A stretch of 64,000 nt of DNA from Octopus sinensis (lineage: Eukaryota), in contig NW_021833951.1 of the NCBI RefSeq assembly GCF_006345805.1, forward strand, positions 1 through 64,000. Reading direction: 5' to 3'. The translations under genes were made by a program, and so were the position numbers. Under the pieces are notes generated by a model. The model made no database searches. It was not told the origin of the DNA and saw only the letters and a list, made by a program, of their open reading frames with translations. Of the stretch, positions 1-12,908 are shown piece by piece. Each line of letters begins with the position of its first letter. Position 1 is the first letter of the stretch.

Positions 1-224
1 AAGATAATTCTTTAACACATTTTTAATTGTAAGTTAAAAAGATTTCCGTACCATCTCCATTTGTGACGCTAGTTTACTCGAAAATTCGAAATGAAAAATC
101 ATGTAATATTTGCAGTTTCACACACACACACCACACACACACATATATATATATGCATATATATATGTACACGCACATATATATACACACACACATACAT
201 ATATATATACATATACACATACAT

Positions 225-490
225 GAGGCACCTTGGGCAAGTGTCTTCTTCTATAGCCTCGGCCTACCAAAGCCTCGTGAGTGGATTTGGTAAACGGAAA
301 CTGAAAGAAGCCCGTCGTATTGACAATCGATGCTAGTGTGTTTACGTCCCAATAACCTAGCGGTTCGAAAAAAGAATTCGATAGAATAAATACTAGGCTT
401 ACAAAGAATAAGTCCTGGAGTCGATTTGCTCGACTAAAGGCGATGCTCCAGCATGGCCGCAGTCAAATGACAGAAACAAATAAAAGATAA
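225..490 (+). mobile_element. tRNA/CORE-type SINE family B (5' truncated)
   Basis: GGCACCTTGGGCAAGTGTCTT...GCTCCAGCATGGCCGCAGTCAAATGAC shared with copies at 7025, 9660, 35790, 53900 and 58310. Confidence 0.75.
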
Positions 491-945
491 TTTGCTTTGT
501 GGCAAGGACTGTTTCAACGAAGTCGCGTCTTGTCCTTGCCTTCGTAACGCGGGGTAGTTGAAACAGGGAAAACTGAAGAAGGGGAATATTCTTTATGTTG
601 TATGTCTCGTTTCTCTGTTTTTTCGTTGTTCGAAAAAAAGTTCGTTTCTATGTTTTTGTTTTTATGTTTTTGTTTCTCATTGTGTTCAACGTTTTTGTTT
701 ATGTCCTGTACCCATATATGCATGTATATGTACATACATATATATTATATATATATATATATATATATTTTTACATTATTTATATTTTATTTGATCGAAC
801 GCCACGCATCCTTTTCCAAGTAAGTTTTATCTATATATATAAATATATATATATTTATATATATACACACACATTCACACACGCGCACACACGCACATAC
901 ATACGTATAGCTAGCTAGCTAGATAGATATATTTTTTATTATAGA

Positions 946-1309
946 CTAGCACTATGACCCGGCGTTGCCGGGTCATACTGCTAGTGCATGCATATACAGC
1001 TGCGTGCGTGCGCACACACACGCGAGTACTGTCCAAATCTCCGACCAATCACATACAGCTAGCTGGCATTCAATTGGCGTATCAAGTTTCGGGCATTTTG
1101 ATTGGGTTCTGGATAGAAAATTCACAAAAAAGTCACTTCTATTGATTTTTTAATGGCTTTGCGGGGTGACTGGGGAAATGTAAAGATGTGCACGACCACC
1201 CTTGGACGGTTTTGAATGACCATAGAAAGTGCGAGCTCTCTAACTGAAAAATTGTGCATTTGTATAAAGGACACACACGCAGACATTTTGCCGTTTATAT
1301 ATAGAGAGA
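946..1309 (-). mobile_element. Non-autonomous Helitron-like element
   Basis: On the minus strand it begins TC (after A) with TCTCTCTATATATA and ends CTAG (before T), with the GC-rich hairpin CCCGGCAACGCCGGG just upstream of the CTAG. Confidence 0.65.
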
Positions 1310-1343
1310 TGTGCTACTAATGGTTTTGTGTGGAGAAACGTAC

Positions 1344-1526
1344 TTGATTTTCAAGCGATCCACTTAAAATTTTCGTTATCGCCTCTATTTTGAATGAACT
1401 ACTAGAGGTTGCCCTAGATTCTGATCTCAACCCATTCACCTTACTACTTATAAAACCAGAATAAAGTTTAGATATGATGTTATTATTGACTATACGCGTA
1501 ATATTCATAATAAACAAATATACTCT
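1344..1526 (-). CDS. Possible downstream exon of the SRCR gene
   Basis: ttacag|AGA...CAA|gtacgt; 183 nt open phase 0-0 segment of non-repetitive sequence. It needs an intervening phase 1-0 exon (candidate 2429-2448). No recognised domain. Confidence 0.3.
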
Positions 1527-1752
1527 CTGTAAGTCGAACATGAATTTTAAATAGCACAGATATGTATACCATATACATAACACGTATTCCAGACACCACA
1601 TGATTTGCAAAATATATTTTATGAACTTACAATTTCATCGACTAGTTTGCGTTCAAAACCTGTGAAAATCCATAAATTGTAAGATACAGATGCACATATG
1701 CAGGCATATGTCCTATATACTTTAATTTAAATTTATATATATATACAATGAT

Positions 1753-1833
<81 letters not shown>

Positions 1834-2142
1834 CTATATATATATATATTAAAGGACAAAACCACCAGGTGGTCAGCCGTATGCTAGAAGTAGATCACCT
1901 ACGATCAAACTACAAAGAAAAGAATGTTCTCTAGAAGAAATTCAGCGGACACCAGAACAATATGCGGGCAAGACAGATGAAAATTATATAAAAAACCCCA
2001 GTGGTTTTGCACTTTAAATATACACATGTATTAGAATTTTCTCTGATTTTTCAGATTTTTGTATGCTAGGCTACTGGTTTTAAATTGATATTAATTAAAT
2101 TAATATTCAATTTATCTCCCATTATTTAAATGTTTATATATA

Positions 2143-2217
<75 letters not shown>

Positions 2218-2459
2218 TGTATACACATACGCCCAAATGTTCTCGCATAATGCTATTAATCTATGTAGAACGCAATTTTTATAAAAACGCAAAGGTCAAC
2301 GCAAAGCAAATAACAATTAACCCTGTCCAAAAGAAGTTGCTTCTCCTTATCTTATTAGCTATTATCTTTCAAGTCCCGTGTAATCATGTGTATTATCACG
2401 TAGTCCCATCCAAAACAGAGTCAATTACCAACATTTCTAAATGGTTCACTGAAAAAATT

Positions 2460-3385
2460 GTGGATCTAGCAGAAACGTTAGCACGCCGGACAAAATGCTA
2501 AGCGGTATTTCGTCTGCCGCTACGTTCTGAGTTCAAATTCCGCCGAGGTCGACTTTGCCTTTCATCCTTTCGGGGTCAATTAAACAAGTACCAGTTACGC
2601 ACTGGGGTCGATGTAATCGACTTAATCCGTTTGTCTGTCCTTGTTTGTTCCCTCTGTGTTTAGTCCCTTGGGGGTAGTAAAGAAATAGGTATTTCGTCTG
2701 CCTTTACGTTCTGAGTTCAAATTCCGCCGGGTCAACTTTGCCTTTCATCCTTTCGGGGTCAATTAAACAAGTACCAGTTACGCACTGAGGTCGATGTAAT
2801 CGACTTAATCCGTTTGTCTGTCCTTGTTTGTCCCCTCTGTGTTTAGTAAAGAAATAGGTATTTTATCTGCCTTTACGTTCTGAGTTCAAATTCCGCCGGG
2901 TCAACTTTGGTTTCATCCTTTCGGGGTCGATTAAATAAGTACCAGTTACGCACTGAGGTCGATATAATCGACTTAATCCGTTTGTCTGTCCTTGTTTGTC
3001 CCCTCTGTGTTTAGCCCCTTGTGGGTAGTAAAAATAGGTATTTCATCTGCCTTTACGTTCTGAGTTCAAATTCCGCCGGGTCAACTTTGCCTTTCATCCT
3101 TTCGGGGTCGATTACATAAGTACCAGTTACGCACTGGGGTCGATATAATCGACTTAATCCGTTTGTCTGTCCTTGTTTGTCCCCTCTGTGTTTAGCCCCT
3201 TGTGGGTAGTAAAGAAATAGGCATCTCGTCTGCCGTTACGTTCTGAGTTCAAATTCCACCGAGGTCGACTTTGCCTTTCCTCCTTTCGGGGGTCGATTAA
3301 ATAAGTACCAGTTGCGTTCTAGGGTCGATCTAATCGACTGACCCCTCCCACCAAATTTCGGGTCTTGTGACTAGAGTAGAAAAGA
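2460..3385 (+). mobile_element. SINE family A, tandem array of five ~175 bp cores
   Basis: Repeated unit GGTATTTCGTCTGCC...GAGTTCAAATTCCGCC...GCCTTTCATCCTTTCGGGGTCGA...GGGTAGTAAAGAAATA; one A-box-like head followed by headless units. Confidence 0.85.
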
Positions 3386-3812
3386 ATTCACAAATAAATA
3401 TTTATCCTCAAAATACAGTGTTGAGCTTTCATTCTCAGTGTCTGCTCACTATCGTGCGTATATGTGTGAGTGTGTGTGTGTGTGCGCGCGCGTGTATATG
3501 CATATGTATATATATATGTATATACATGTGTGTGAATATGCATTTATGCTTACCTATATGTATGTATACACACACACACACATATATATATATTATATAT
3601 ATATATGTATATTTATTCATTTAAATTCTTATTTATGTACATATGTAAAATAGACACACGTGTGTGTGTGTAAGTGTGAGTGTGTGTATTTGTGTGTGTG
3701 TGTGTGTGTGTGTGTAAATCATACATACACTGCCAAAGAATCAAAAACTGAAAAGACGATTTCAATGACGTTTTGGAAACAATATAAGAAATTTCTCTAA
3801 TTGTTAACTTAC

Positions 3813-3982
3813 GGGAATAGCATTCGACTCCTGCATCACTTTCGTGGACACAATCATTGACTCCCCAAGGTAGATGGGGACACTCATCTATGTAGGTTTC
3901 TGTCCCTTTGCATTTGACCTCGTCTAACCAAATCTTCCCAGATCCGCTTGGTGTTTCTTTGCCGCCAAGAGCCATGCCTGAT
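3813..3982 (-). CDS. SRCR domain, C-terminal half exon
   Basis: aacag|A TCA...TCC C|gtaagt. Translation SGMALGGKETPSGSGKIWLDEVKCKGTETYIDECPHLPWGVNDCVHESDAGVECYS carries IWLDxVxC, WGxxDC and DAGVxC. Phase 2-1, matching the previous exon; six Cys in the joined domain (group A). Confidence 0.92.
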
Positions 3983-4131
3983 CTGTTGTTGAAAATGAAT
4001 AAATGAATAGAATGGTGTTTTGCTTGTCGCCTGCATAAAAGTATAACATAAATATGCACACATATACACACGCGCACACTCACACTTATACATACACATA
4101 CGGTGATGTACGTAGATATACGTGTGAGCGC

Positions 4132-4162
<31 letters not shown>

Positions 4163-4459
4163 TGTGAGCGTGTGTGTGTGTGTGTGTGTGGTGTGTGTGT
4201 GTGTGTGTGTGTTTGCGTGAGCGTATAGATAAATAAGGTCCAACTCTTTCTCAGAATCTAATCGCACGGTGAGGAATCCTCAGCGTATAAGGGCACTGGG
4301 TCAGCAATGAGCTGGTAGAAGTGTTAGGACGTCGGACAAAATAGCAAGCAGTATTTCACCCGGTGCTTAATGTTCTCGTTTCGAACCCCGCCGTGCTTAA
4401 CTCTGCCTTTCACTTTCCGGAATCTATAAAGTACCAGCCAAGTACTGCTGCTGCTGCTG

Positions 4460-4795
4460 AGACCCCCTTCGGTCATGACTGACCATGGGATTGCACCTAG
4501 AAAGTTACCCTACCAGGCATAAGTCTGGGCAAGGTTGTTTATGAAAAGCTAGCAGTCGTCCATGCATACCAGCCTCCCCACTCCACGCTGCCAATATTAT
4601 CCAAGGTAAGGCAACAGCTGATACAGCTTGGCACCTGTGACGTCGCAACTCATTTCTACTGCTGAGTGAACTGGAGCAATGTGAAATAAAGTGTCATGCT
4701 CAAGAACACAACACGCAGCCCGGTCCGGGATTCGAACTTACAACCTCACGATCCTAAGCTCGACGCTCTAACCACTGAGCCATGCGCCTTCACCA
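4460..4795 (-). mobile_element. tRNA-derived SINE (family C-related head)
   Basis: Minus strand AGGCGCATGGCTCAGTGGTTAGAGCG...AGTTCGAATCCCGGACCGG (A and B boxes) followed by TTGTGTTCTTGAGCA...CTCCAGTTCACTCAGC. Confidence 0.7.
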
Positions 4796-4974
4796 GCCAA
4801 GTACTAGGGTTGACGTAATCGACTTTCAAATAATTTTTAATTTTATCAATTAATTTTCTAAATGTCTAGAATTGAATCAGCTGTAAGAGATGTTAATTTT
4901 TTCATTTATAAATAATAATTTATTAATCATATCTCTATTTTCTTATCGAATTGATATATATATATATATTCTAA

Positions 4975-5437
4975 AGTTTCAGCTCAGAGCTGCGGCCATA
5001 CTGACGCACCGCCGTTTTGCGCTACACTGTTATTACTAGGAGCCTCCTCTAATATGTGGCACTTGATGAAGAAATGAAATTTGATATAGCTACTCTTATT
5101 TGCACCTCTTGCTGTGAGGTAGGCTCATCTGGGGCTCTCGACAGGAAAAGGTCCAGCTTTGATTTAAAAACCCCTACATCTACTTTGTGCAAGTTCCTCA
5201 GACTCTTTGGGAGGATATTAAAAAGCTGTGGGTCCTTGAAACCTAGGCTGTTGCAGTAACTGGTCCTGAAGCGTGATGGCATTGCTGGGATCTTTGGCAC
5301 TATGCAGTGTCGTCCCGTTCTGGCATTGGTGTAGCTTTCAATGCCAAAATTTGGTACAATTCCTTCCAGGATCTTCCAGATATATATTACTGCATACCTC
5401 TCCCGTCTTCTCTCCAGGGACTAGAGTCTTAGCTGTT
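4975..5437 (-). mobile_element. CR1-group LINE 3' fragment
   Basis: LERRRERY...IWKI...GPQLFNILPKSLRNL...FKSKLDLFL-type C-terminus; homologous to 21725-22180. Confidence 0.75.
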
Positions 5438-5632
5438 ACGCACTGGGGTCGATATTATCGACTTAATCCGCTTGTCCGTCCTTGTTTGTCCTCTCCGTGT
5501 TTAGCCCCTTGTGGGTAGTAAAGAAATAGGTAAGTAGTGTATTATGAAGGTAGTAGGTAGGTAGGCTTGTAGGTAGGAAAGTAGGTTGGAAAGTAAGTAG
5601 GTAGGTAAGTAAGTAGGTAGGTAGGTATGTAG

Positions 5633-5663
<31 letters not shown>

Positions 5664-5900
5664 TGTATGTATGTATGTAGGTAGGTAGGTAGGTCGGTCG
5701 GTCGGCAACTTTGGTATTCAGTAAGAGCATAGCTCTATCAAGCGACTCTTCACGCACACGTACGCACACGTATACAATCATACATACACAGTCATATATA
5801 CACATACACACGGAGATATACGCACACAAGCTCATAAATGGACATCAGATTACGATAAAGAGGGACACGTGCGGTTTACTTGAAAAAACTATTCACGTAC

Positions 5901-6042
5901 CCGAAACCAAGAGCTCGACACACTACTCTAGCACTACTATCGTCCCAGAAATCACTGCAAATTGTGCCCCAAACATTGTTGTATCGGACTTCTACACGAC
6001 CTCGAGTTTTAGATCCGACTATACGTATATCCGCTGGATAGC
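5901..6042 (-). CDS. SRCR domain, N-terminal half exon
   Basis: gacag|GC TAT...TTC GG|gtacgt. Translation YPADIRIVGSKTRGRVEVRYNNVWGTICSDFWDDSSARVVCRALGFG carries the canonical SRCR motifs GRVEV, WGTIC and VVCRxLG. Phase 1-2. Confidence 0.92.
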
Positions 6043-6087
6043 CTGTCACAAAATAGAAATAGGTAAAAAAACGGTAAATAGATATAT

Positions 6088-6503
6088 ATTTCTTTATTGC
6101 CCACAAGGGGCTAAACATAGAGGGGACAAACAAAGACAGACAAAGGGATTAAGTCGATTACAACGGCCCTAGTGTGTAACTGGTACTTAATTTATCGACC
6201 CTGAAAGGATGAAAGGCAAAGTTGACCTCGGTGGAATTTGAACTCACAACATAACGACAGACGAAATACCTATTTCTTTATTACCCACAAGGGGCTAAAC
6301 ACAGAGCGGACAAACAAGGACAGACATAGGTATTAAGTCGATTACATCGACCCCAGTGCGTAACTGGTACTTAATTTATCGACCCCGAAAGGATGAAAGG
6401 CAAAGTCGACCTCGGCGGAATTTGAACTCACAACGTAACGCAGACGAAATACCGCTAAGCATTTCGCCCGGCGTGCTAACGTTTCTGCCAGCTCGCCGCC
6501 TTA
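6088..6503 (-). mobile_element. SINE family A dimer
   Basis: Two reverse-complement cores ending in the head AAGGCGGCGAGCTGGCAGAAAC. Confidence 0.8.
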
Positions 6504-6532
6504 AAGGTAAATAAATATAACATACTTTATTA

Positions 6533-6762
6533 TATTGGGTTGGTGTAAAATTAGTGCGGCTTTTTTATTCAACGAAAGCAATAACAATATGTAACAAAAA
6601 CATCTTTAAACGGCGGTCTGATCGTCTGCCAAGCAAATGGGAAGCAGTAATCGAAGTAGATGGTGAATATGCTCCGGAATAATCATTTAAAGACGTTTTT
6701 GTTACATGTTGTTATTGTTTTTGTTGAAAAAAAAGCTGCAATAATTATGCACCAACCCAATA
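6533..6762 (+). mobile_element. Mariner-derived MITE
   Basis: TA-flanked TIRs TTGGGTTGGTGTAAAATTAGTGCGGCTTTTTT / AAAAAAGCTGCAATAATTATGCACCAACCCAA; the interior retains the mariner C-terminal peptide LPSKWEAVIEVDGEY. Confidence 0.8.
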
Positions 6763-7024
6763 TTTGGGAGAGTTATTCTCTTTTAGTGCCTTATTATCGA
6801 GCACACACTAAGGTGGCGAGCTGGACGAAACGCTTAGCGGTATTTCGCCTGTCGCAACGTTGTGAGTTCAAATTCCGCCGAGGTCGACTTTGCCTTTCAT
6901 TCTTTCGGGGTCGCTAAATTAAGTACCAGTAAAACACTAGGATCGATGTAATCGATTATCCCCCTCTTTCAGGCTTTGTGCCTATATTAGAAAGGATTAG
7001 GCGCAAGACTGGCTGTATACATAT

Positions 7025-7163
7025 AGGCGCAGGTGTGGCTGTATGGTTTCGAGTTCAGTCCCACTGCAAGGCACACTTTGGACAAGTGTCTTCTACTATA
7101 GTCTAGGGCCGACCAAAGCTTTCTGAGTGGATTTGGTAGACAGAAACTGAAAGAAGCCCGTCG

Positions 7164-7202
<39 letters not shown>

Positions 7203-7470
7203 ATATATATATTATATATATATATACACCTGTGTGGTATGCATGTATGCATGCATATGTATGCATGTGTATATCTTTGTGTCTGTGTTTCTTTCCCATC
7301 ACCGACCTGTATTGGTATGCTTACCTCCCCGTAACTGAGCGGTTCGGCAAGAGACCAAGAAAATAAGTACTGGTCTTCTGAGGTCAGTTTGTTCAGCTAA
7401 AGCCCTTCAAGGCGGTGCCCCAGCGTGGCCGCACTCAAATAACTAAAACAAGTAAGTAAGTAGAGAGTAA
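7025..7470 (+). mobile_element. SINE family B
   Basis: AGGCGCAGGTGTGGCTG head, CORE-like segment, internal (TA)n, conserved tail. Confidence 0.75.
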
Positions 7471-7649
7471 CGAATAGTGTTGATAACATTACTCTTGTTA
7501 AAGAATGATAAATATGTCCAAGGTGGTGTTCCAGCATGGCCGCAGCCTAACGACTTAAACAAGTAAAAGATATAAAAATATACTTTACATAAGGTGTTGA
7601 GTAATCCTTCAGTTTAATGTAAATTTGTTTTTATTATGGTTCGACATGC

Positions 7650-7836
7650 GTAACTGGTCCTGAAGCGTGATGGCATTGCTGGGATCTTTGGCACTATGCA
7701 GTGTCGTCCCGTTCTGGCATTGGTGTAGCTTTCAATGCAAAAATTTGGCACAATTCCGTCCATGATCTTCCAGATATATTTTACTGCACACCTCTCCCGT
7801 CTTCTCTCCATGGACTAGAGTCTTAGCTGTTACGCA
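7650..7836 (-). mobile_element. CR1-group LINE fragment
   Basis: MERRRERCAVKYIWKIMDGIVPNF...; nearly the same sequence as 5255-5437. Confidence 0.7.
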
Positions 7837-8736
7837 GCTGGCAGAATTCTTAGCACACCAGGTACAACGCTGGCATAATTCTTAGATGGCAGAATTCTTA
7901 GCATACCAGGTACAACGCCTAGTGAAGCATTTGTGGACTTCACCTCTTAGAAAAACAGCATATTCACCCCCAGCCCACAACATCCATCAATAAGAAGATT
8001 AAACTATCTTATTGCTGCCACCTGATGTGTTCCCTGTTAATGAACTTGAAGGCCCTGCCTGCTGATAACCTGGCTATGCCACACTAGGCCTAGCTGACCC
8101 ATAGAAAAGATAAGACTAAATCGTTCTCGAGTCATATAGATTCACAGGGGCCGGTTTCCCGGTTTTCGTGGCACATATATCCCCGCTTGGACGGTACGCC
8201 GTGAAATGAAATATTTTGCACAAGAACACAACGCATCGCCCGGTCCAGGAATCGACACCACAATCTTATGATCATGAGTCCAACACCCTAACCACAAAGC
8301 CACGCACTCCCACAAGAGGCTCTACAAGAGCAGGATATATAATCCTTGTTACCTGCTGCCTGTTTTGACTACCAGCCAATTCATGTTGGTCATGCGACCT
8401 CAATTGTAACCAAACACCTTCAAAACGGTTTCTCCCTCATTAAGACTACTGTGTGCATTTATCTCTTAATTTATGACAATTGACCGTGAAGAAATCGTTA
8501 GATTAAAATCACCATTCCTGCATCCTTTCACAGAGATAACCGCGTCAGGAGAACTTTGAGCTATAGCATTGCGGCTGCCAGTTACGTGTTTATTGACTGA
8601 GTTCAAATCCTGCTAGAGTATCCACCCGAATGGCTTTTTTTCTTTCTTTTTTTACGACAACTTGGCAGAAAAGAAAGGGTAGACCTCAACTTGGACTTGA
8701 AGTGAAGGCGTGTGGATGAGAAAAAGGAGAAAGAGA

Positions 8737-8789
<53 letters not shown>

Positions 8790-8924
8790 TATGATAATAG
8801 AAAATGAAAGAGAGAGAGAGAGAGAGGGAGAAAGGAAGAGAGGAGGATAGAGAGATAAGTTGTCATCGCATTCATAACAGAAAATCATGGTTAGATAAAT
8901 ACGTAATATAAATTTAACAATTAC

Positions 8925-8975
8925 CTGCCTGAGATACAGCCAACACAGTGTACAGCAGAACACAGCTTAATAACC
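8925..8975 (-). CDS. SRCR-domain gene, signal-peptide exon
   Basis: ttccag|GG TTA TTA AGC...CAG GCA G|gtaatt; 51 nt, phase 1-1. Encodes (G)LLSCVLLYTVLAVSQA(G), a hydrophobic core ending in an S-Q-A cleavage-type motif, and joins the SRCR exon in frame. Confidence 0.72.
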
Positions 8976-9621
8976 CTGGAATAAGATATTAGAAAGGTGA
9001 ATAATTACATACGATGGATAATTGTCAGCTCATTACAGTTGTTTCTTACGTAACTTTTAACAAAAAATTGAGAACATTACATCGTTATAAAAGACCGTTA
9101 TCATAAGAATGAGAAGTAATTTCACAAAGAAAAGAATATCTCAGGAATACAGCAGGGATGTGGCTAGAGTCTGTGGAGGAAACTATGAAATGGGAGAATG
9201 ACCAACTATGTTGACCATTTAGGTTTAGAATGGAGTTCTTGAAAGTGTGTAATATGATATCTAAGGTCAGCCACTCGGATGAGGAGTCTGTTAGAGTAGA
9301 TCATAGGAAAACTGAAGTATGCTAAGAGTAGGGAGATGTAAGGAGGGGGTCATGAAATAAATTCAGGATAAAGGAGGAAAGAAAGGATTGTCGAACACCC
9401 TAGAGTATACCAATAGCAAACTATTCGAATTAAAGCGACATTTGGACCAGCTCCTGAGACGCTAAATGCTCATACGGTTGGTTTTCTCTCTGTGTACACA
9501 AGCGAAATATCCTATCCGATATTTCGAATCTCACCAACCATAGGCCAGAACCACGGAGATTACCCAACCCTACCTGGTGCGTACCTTTTCAAGTACCTGA
9601 TTCTATCTGAAACCCCATCTT

Positions 9622-9659
<38 letters not shown>

Positions 9660-9661
<2 letters not shown>

Positions 9662-9811
9662 GCTGTGTGGTAAGTAGCTTGCTTACCAACCACTTGGTTC
9701 CGGGTTCATTCGCACTGCGTGAGACCTTGGGCAAGTGTCTTCTACTATAATCTCGGGCCGACCAAAGCCTTGTGAGTGGATTTGGTAGACGGAAACTGAA
9801 AGAAGCCCGTC

Positions 9812-9843
<32 letters not shown>

Positions 9844-10165
9844 TATATATATATATATAATTATATATATATATATATATGAATATATATATGTGTGTGT
9901 GTGTGTGTGGTGTGTGGTGTGTGGTTGTGTGTGTGTATGTGAGTGTGTGTGTTTATGTGTTTGTTTCTATCTCCCCAACATCTCTTGACAATCGTTGGTA
10001 GTGTGTCTACGTCCCCGTAACTTAGCGGTTCGACAAAACAGACCGATAGAATAAGTACTAGGCTTACAAAAAAAAAGTCCTGGGGTCGATTTTCTCGACT
10101 AAAGGCGGTGCTCCAGCATGGCTGAAACAAAGTAAGAGAGTAAAAGAGTAAAAGAGAAAGAGAGT
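9660..10165 (+). mobile_element. SINE family B
   Basis: GCTGTGTGGTAAGTAGCTTGC...GGGTTCATTC head, internal TA/TG microsatellite, (GTAAAAGA)n-like tail. Confidence 0.78.
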
Positions 10166-10169
10166 ATAT

Positions 10170-10765
10170 ATACATACAAACATACACACACACACACATA
10201 CATACATACACACATACGTACATACATACATACATACATACATACATACATACATACATACATACATACATACATACATACACACATACATACATACAAA
10301 CACATACATACATACAAACATACATACATACAAACATACATACATACACACAAACATACATACACACATACATACATACACATACATACACACACACATA
10401 CATACATACAAACATACATACATATACATACATATACATACACACATACATACATACACATACATACATGCATACAAACATACATACAAACATATATACA
10501 AACATACATACATACATACATACATACACACATACATACATACATACATACACACATACATATATACAGACAGACATACAAACATAGATACATACATACA
10601 AACATACATACATACATACAAACATACATACACACATACATACATACATACATACATATACATACATATACATACATACACACATACATACATACATACA
10701 AACACACATACATACATACAAACACACATACAAACATACATACACACAAACATACATACATTCAG
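10170..10765. repeat. (CATA)n/(CA)n compound microsatellite
   Basis: Directly visible; source of the MYVC-type spurious ORFs. Confidence 0.95.
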
Positions 10766-11423
10766 ACATATATACGCGCGCGCGCGCGTAAATATAAGAC
10801 ATTTAAATGTATTTACGTCATGTACGTATTTATGTACTTAAAGGCTGCCATACAGACCGCGTGTTCTATCTCGTAAGATAAATGAATGCTCGGTTCGTCC
10901 TTATCGATAAACATGTCTAAGCTAATCATTTAGATATGTTTACAGTTGATGCAATCAAACATTCGTAAAGGCAAGTTGAAATACTCAAGCACTCGTAAAG
11001 GCAGGCTGAAGTGACATAACGCTCACACACAAACACACTCTCGTACTTTTCCAAATATGTACGTTTGATCTTGTGAATACCCCCCCCCCACACAAACACA
11101 CAAATAAACAAACAAACAAACACATGTATACATGAAATACACATGTGACTGTGTATTGCTATGCAACCAGGTGGGTTTGGTGTCAGTATCAACTGTGCGA
11201 CACCTTGGTGAAATGAGTTCGACTGCAGCCCTGGGATGGCCAAGGTATGCCTTGTGCGAGAAGTGTGTATGTATGTATGTATGTATGTATGTATGTATGT
11301 ATGTATGTATGTATGTATGTATGTATGTATGTATGTGTGTGTGTGTATGTATGTATGTATGTATGTATGTGTGTGTGTATGTATGTATGTGTATGTATGT
11401 ATGTATGAGTGTGTATGTATGTA

Positions 11424-11454
<31 letters not shown>

Positions 11455-11499
11455 GCAGATTTATATGTTTTATGTATGTATTCTCATGCATATAGTTGC

Positions 11500-11750
11500 A
11501 TATCTAGACACTCTCATATATATTTAAATGATAAACTTCTGGAATGTTTTACAGATTTTTACAGTTCCAGTGATGAACTGGATCTGTAGTCTTCGAATCA
11601 GCTTTCTCCTTTCTGGTTTTGAGAAGCCCAATTTCTCAAGATTGGTATTTAGGCAGTGTGTTACATATCCTAGGGCCCCAGTAATTACAGGTATAAACCT
11701 GAACTTGTAATCTGGATAGAGTAACTGCAGATTTCTCAATAGTTCAGCAT
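11500..11750 (-). mobile_element. RLE-type (R4/R2-group) LINE 3' fragment
   Basis: YAELLRNLQLLYPDYKFRFIPVITGALGYV...IQFITGTVKICKTF resembles the C-terminus of restriction-like-endonuclease LINEs; embedded in (TATG)n. Confidence 0.6.
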
Positions 11751-11751
11751 A

Positions 11752-11784
<33 letters not shown>

Positions 11785-12412
11785 ATGTATGTATGTATGT
11801 ATGTATGTATGTATGTATGTATGTATGTGTGTGTATGTGTGTATGTGTGTGTATGTGTGTGTGAGTACATATATATAATTTATACATAATGGTACTCCGT
11901 CGGGTACGATGAAGAGGGTTCCTGTTGATCTGATCAACGAAACAGCCTGCTCGTGAAATTAATGTGCATGTGGCTGAGCACTCCGCAGACACGTGTACCC
12001 TCAATATAGATCGCAGGGAGATTGAGCGTGACAAGGCTGGCTATTTGAAATACAGCTATTGCCCCTTTTATAAATTGTCTTGCTCAAGGACACAACACGT
12101 TGCCGGAAACTGAGCTCACGACCTTGCGATCGTGTGCCGAACACCTTAACCACTACACTACACGCCTTCACAATTCATGTATATGTGTATAATATATACG
12201 AACTAGCTTGTTACGAAAATATCTACAAGAGACGAAAGCTGTATCTATACTGAGAAGTAATGTTTATGGTCGTCCAAACGTGGGTGTTCTCTGAGACCAT
12301 ACAATATGGCTGTTTTAATCCCAAGAGGATGCCACCTCCAGATGGTCATTATATAATATATATTTTCATAAATACATAATGTGTGTGTGAGGAGATAGAT
12401 AGATCGATCGCC

Positions 12413-12535
<123 letters not shown>

Positions 12536-12865
12536 TAGACAGACAGATATGTGTGAGACAGTGAGAGAGAGATAGGTAGAGAGAAAGAGAGAGAGATATA
12601 TATATAATGAGTTTGCCGCGGTTTTTTTCTCAATCAAGAATTAATTAATTGATGTTGTATGCCATGAAATGTCGTGAAAGATATAAATTATTTATTTTAT
12701 CCTATCTTTAGATTTACGCACACGAATAACAATGATATTGAAAAGAGAAAGCCGATGAGACATTAACCGGTACGATGTTTTATAAGATATAGTTACGATG
12801 TCTGTTTAATTCATCGTTGCCATTTAGTTTACAGACACCAACCAAACTACTAAGTACATATACAC

Positions 12866-12908
<43 letters not shown>

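Noticed and set aside
2460-3385. Regular repeats resembling a CRISPR array
   Set aside because: Eukaryotic context, no unique spacers; the units are whole SINE cores.
9450-9530. Possible hammerhead (CTGAGA-CGCT...AGC-GAAATATC...GATAT)
   Set aside because: The core lacks a nucleotide and stem I is not evident; too degenerate to call.
9861-10802. 313-aa MYVC-repeat ORF and similar YLSI, IYIY and THTH ORFs throughout
   Set aside because: Translations of CATA, TATC, TA and CA microsatellites.
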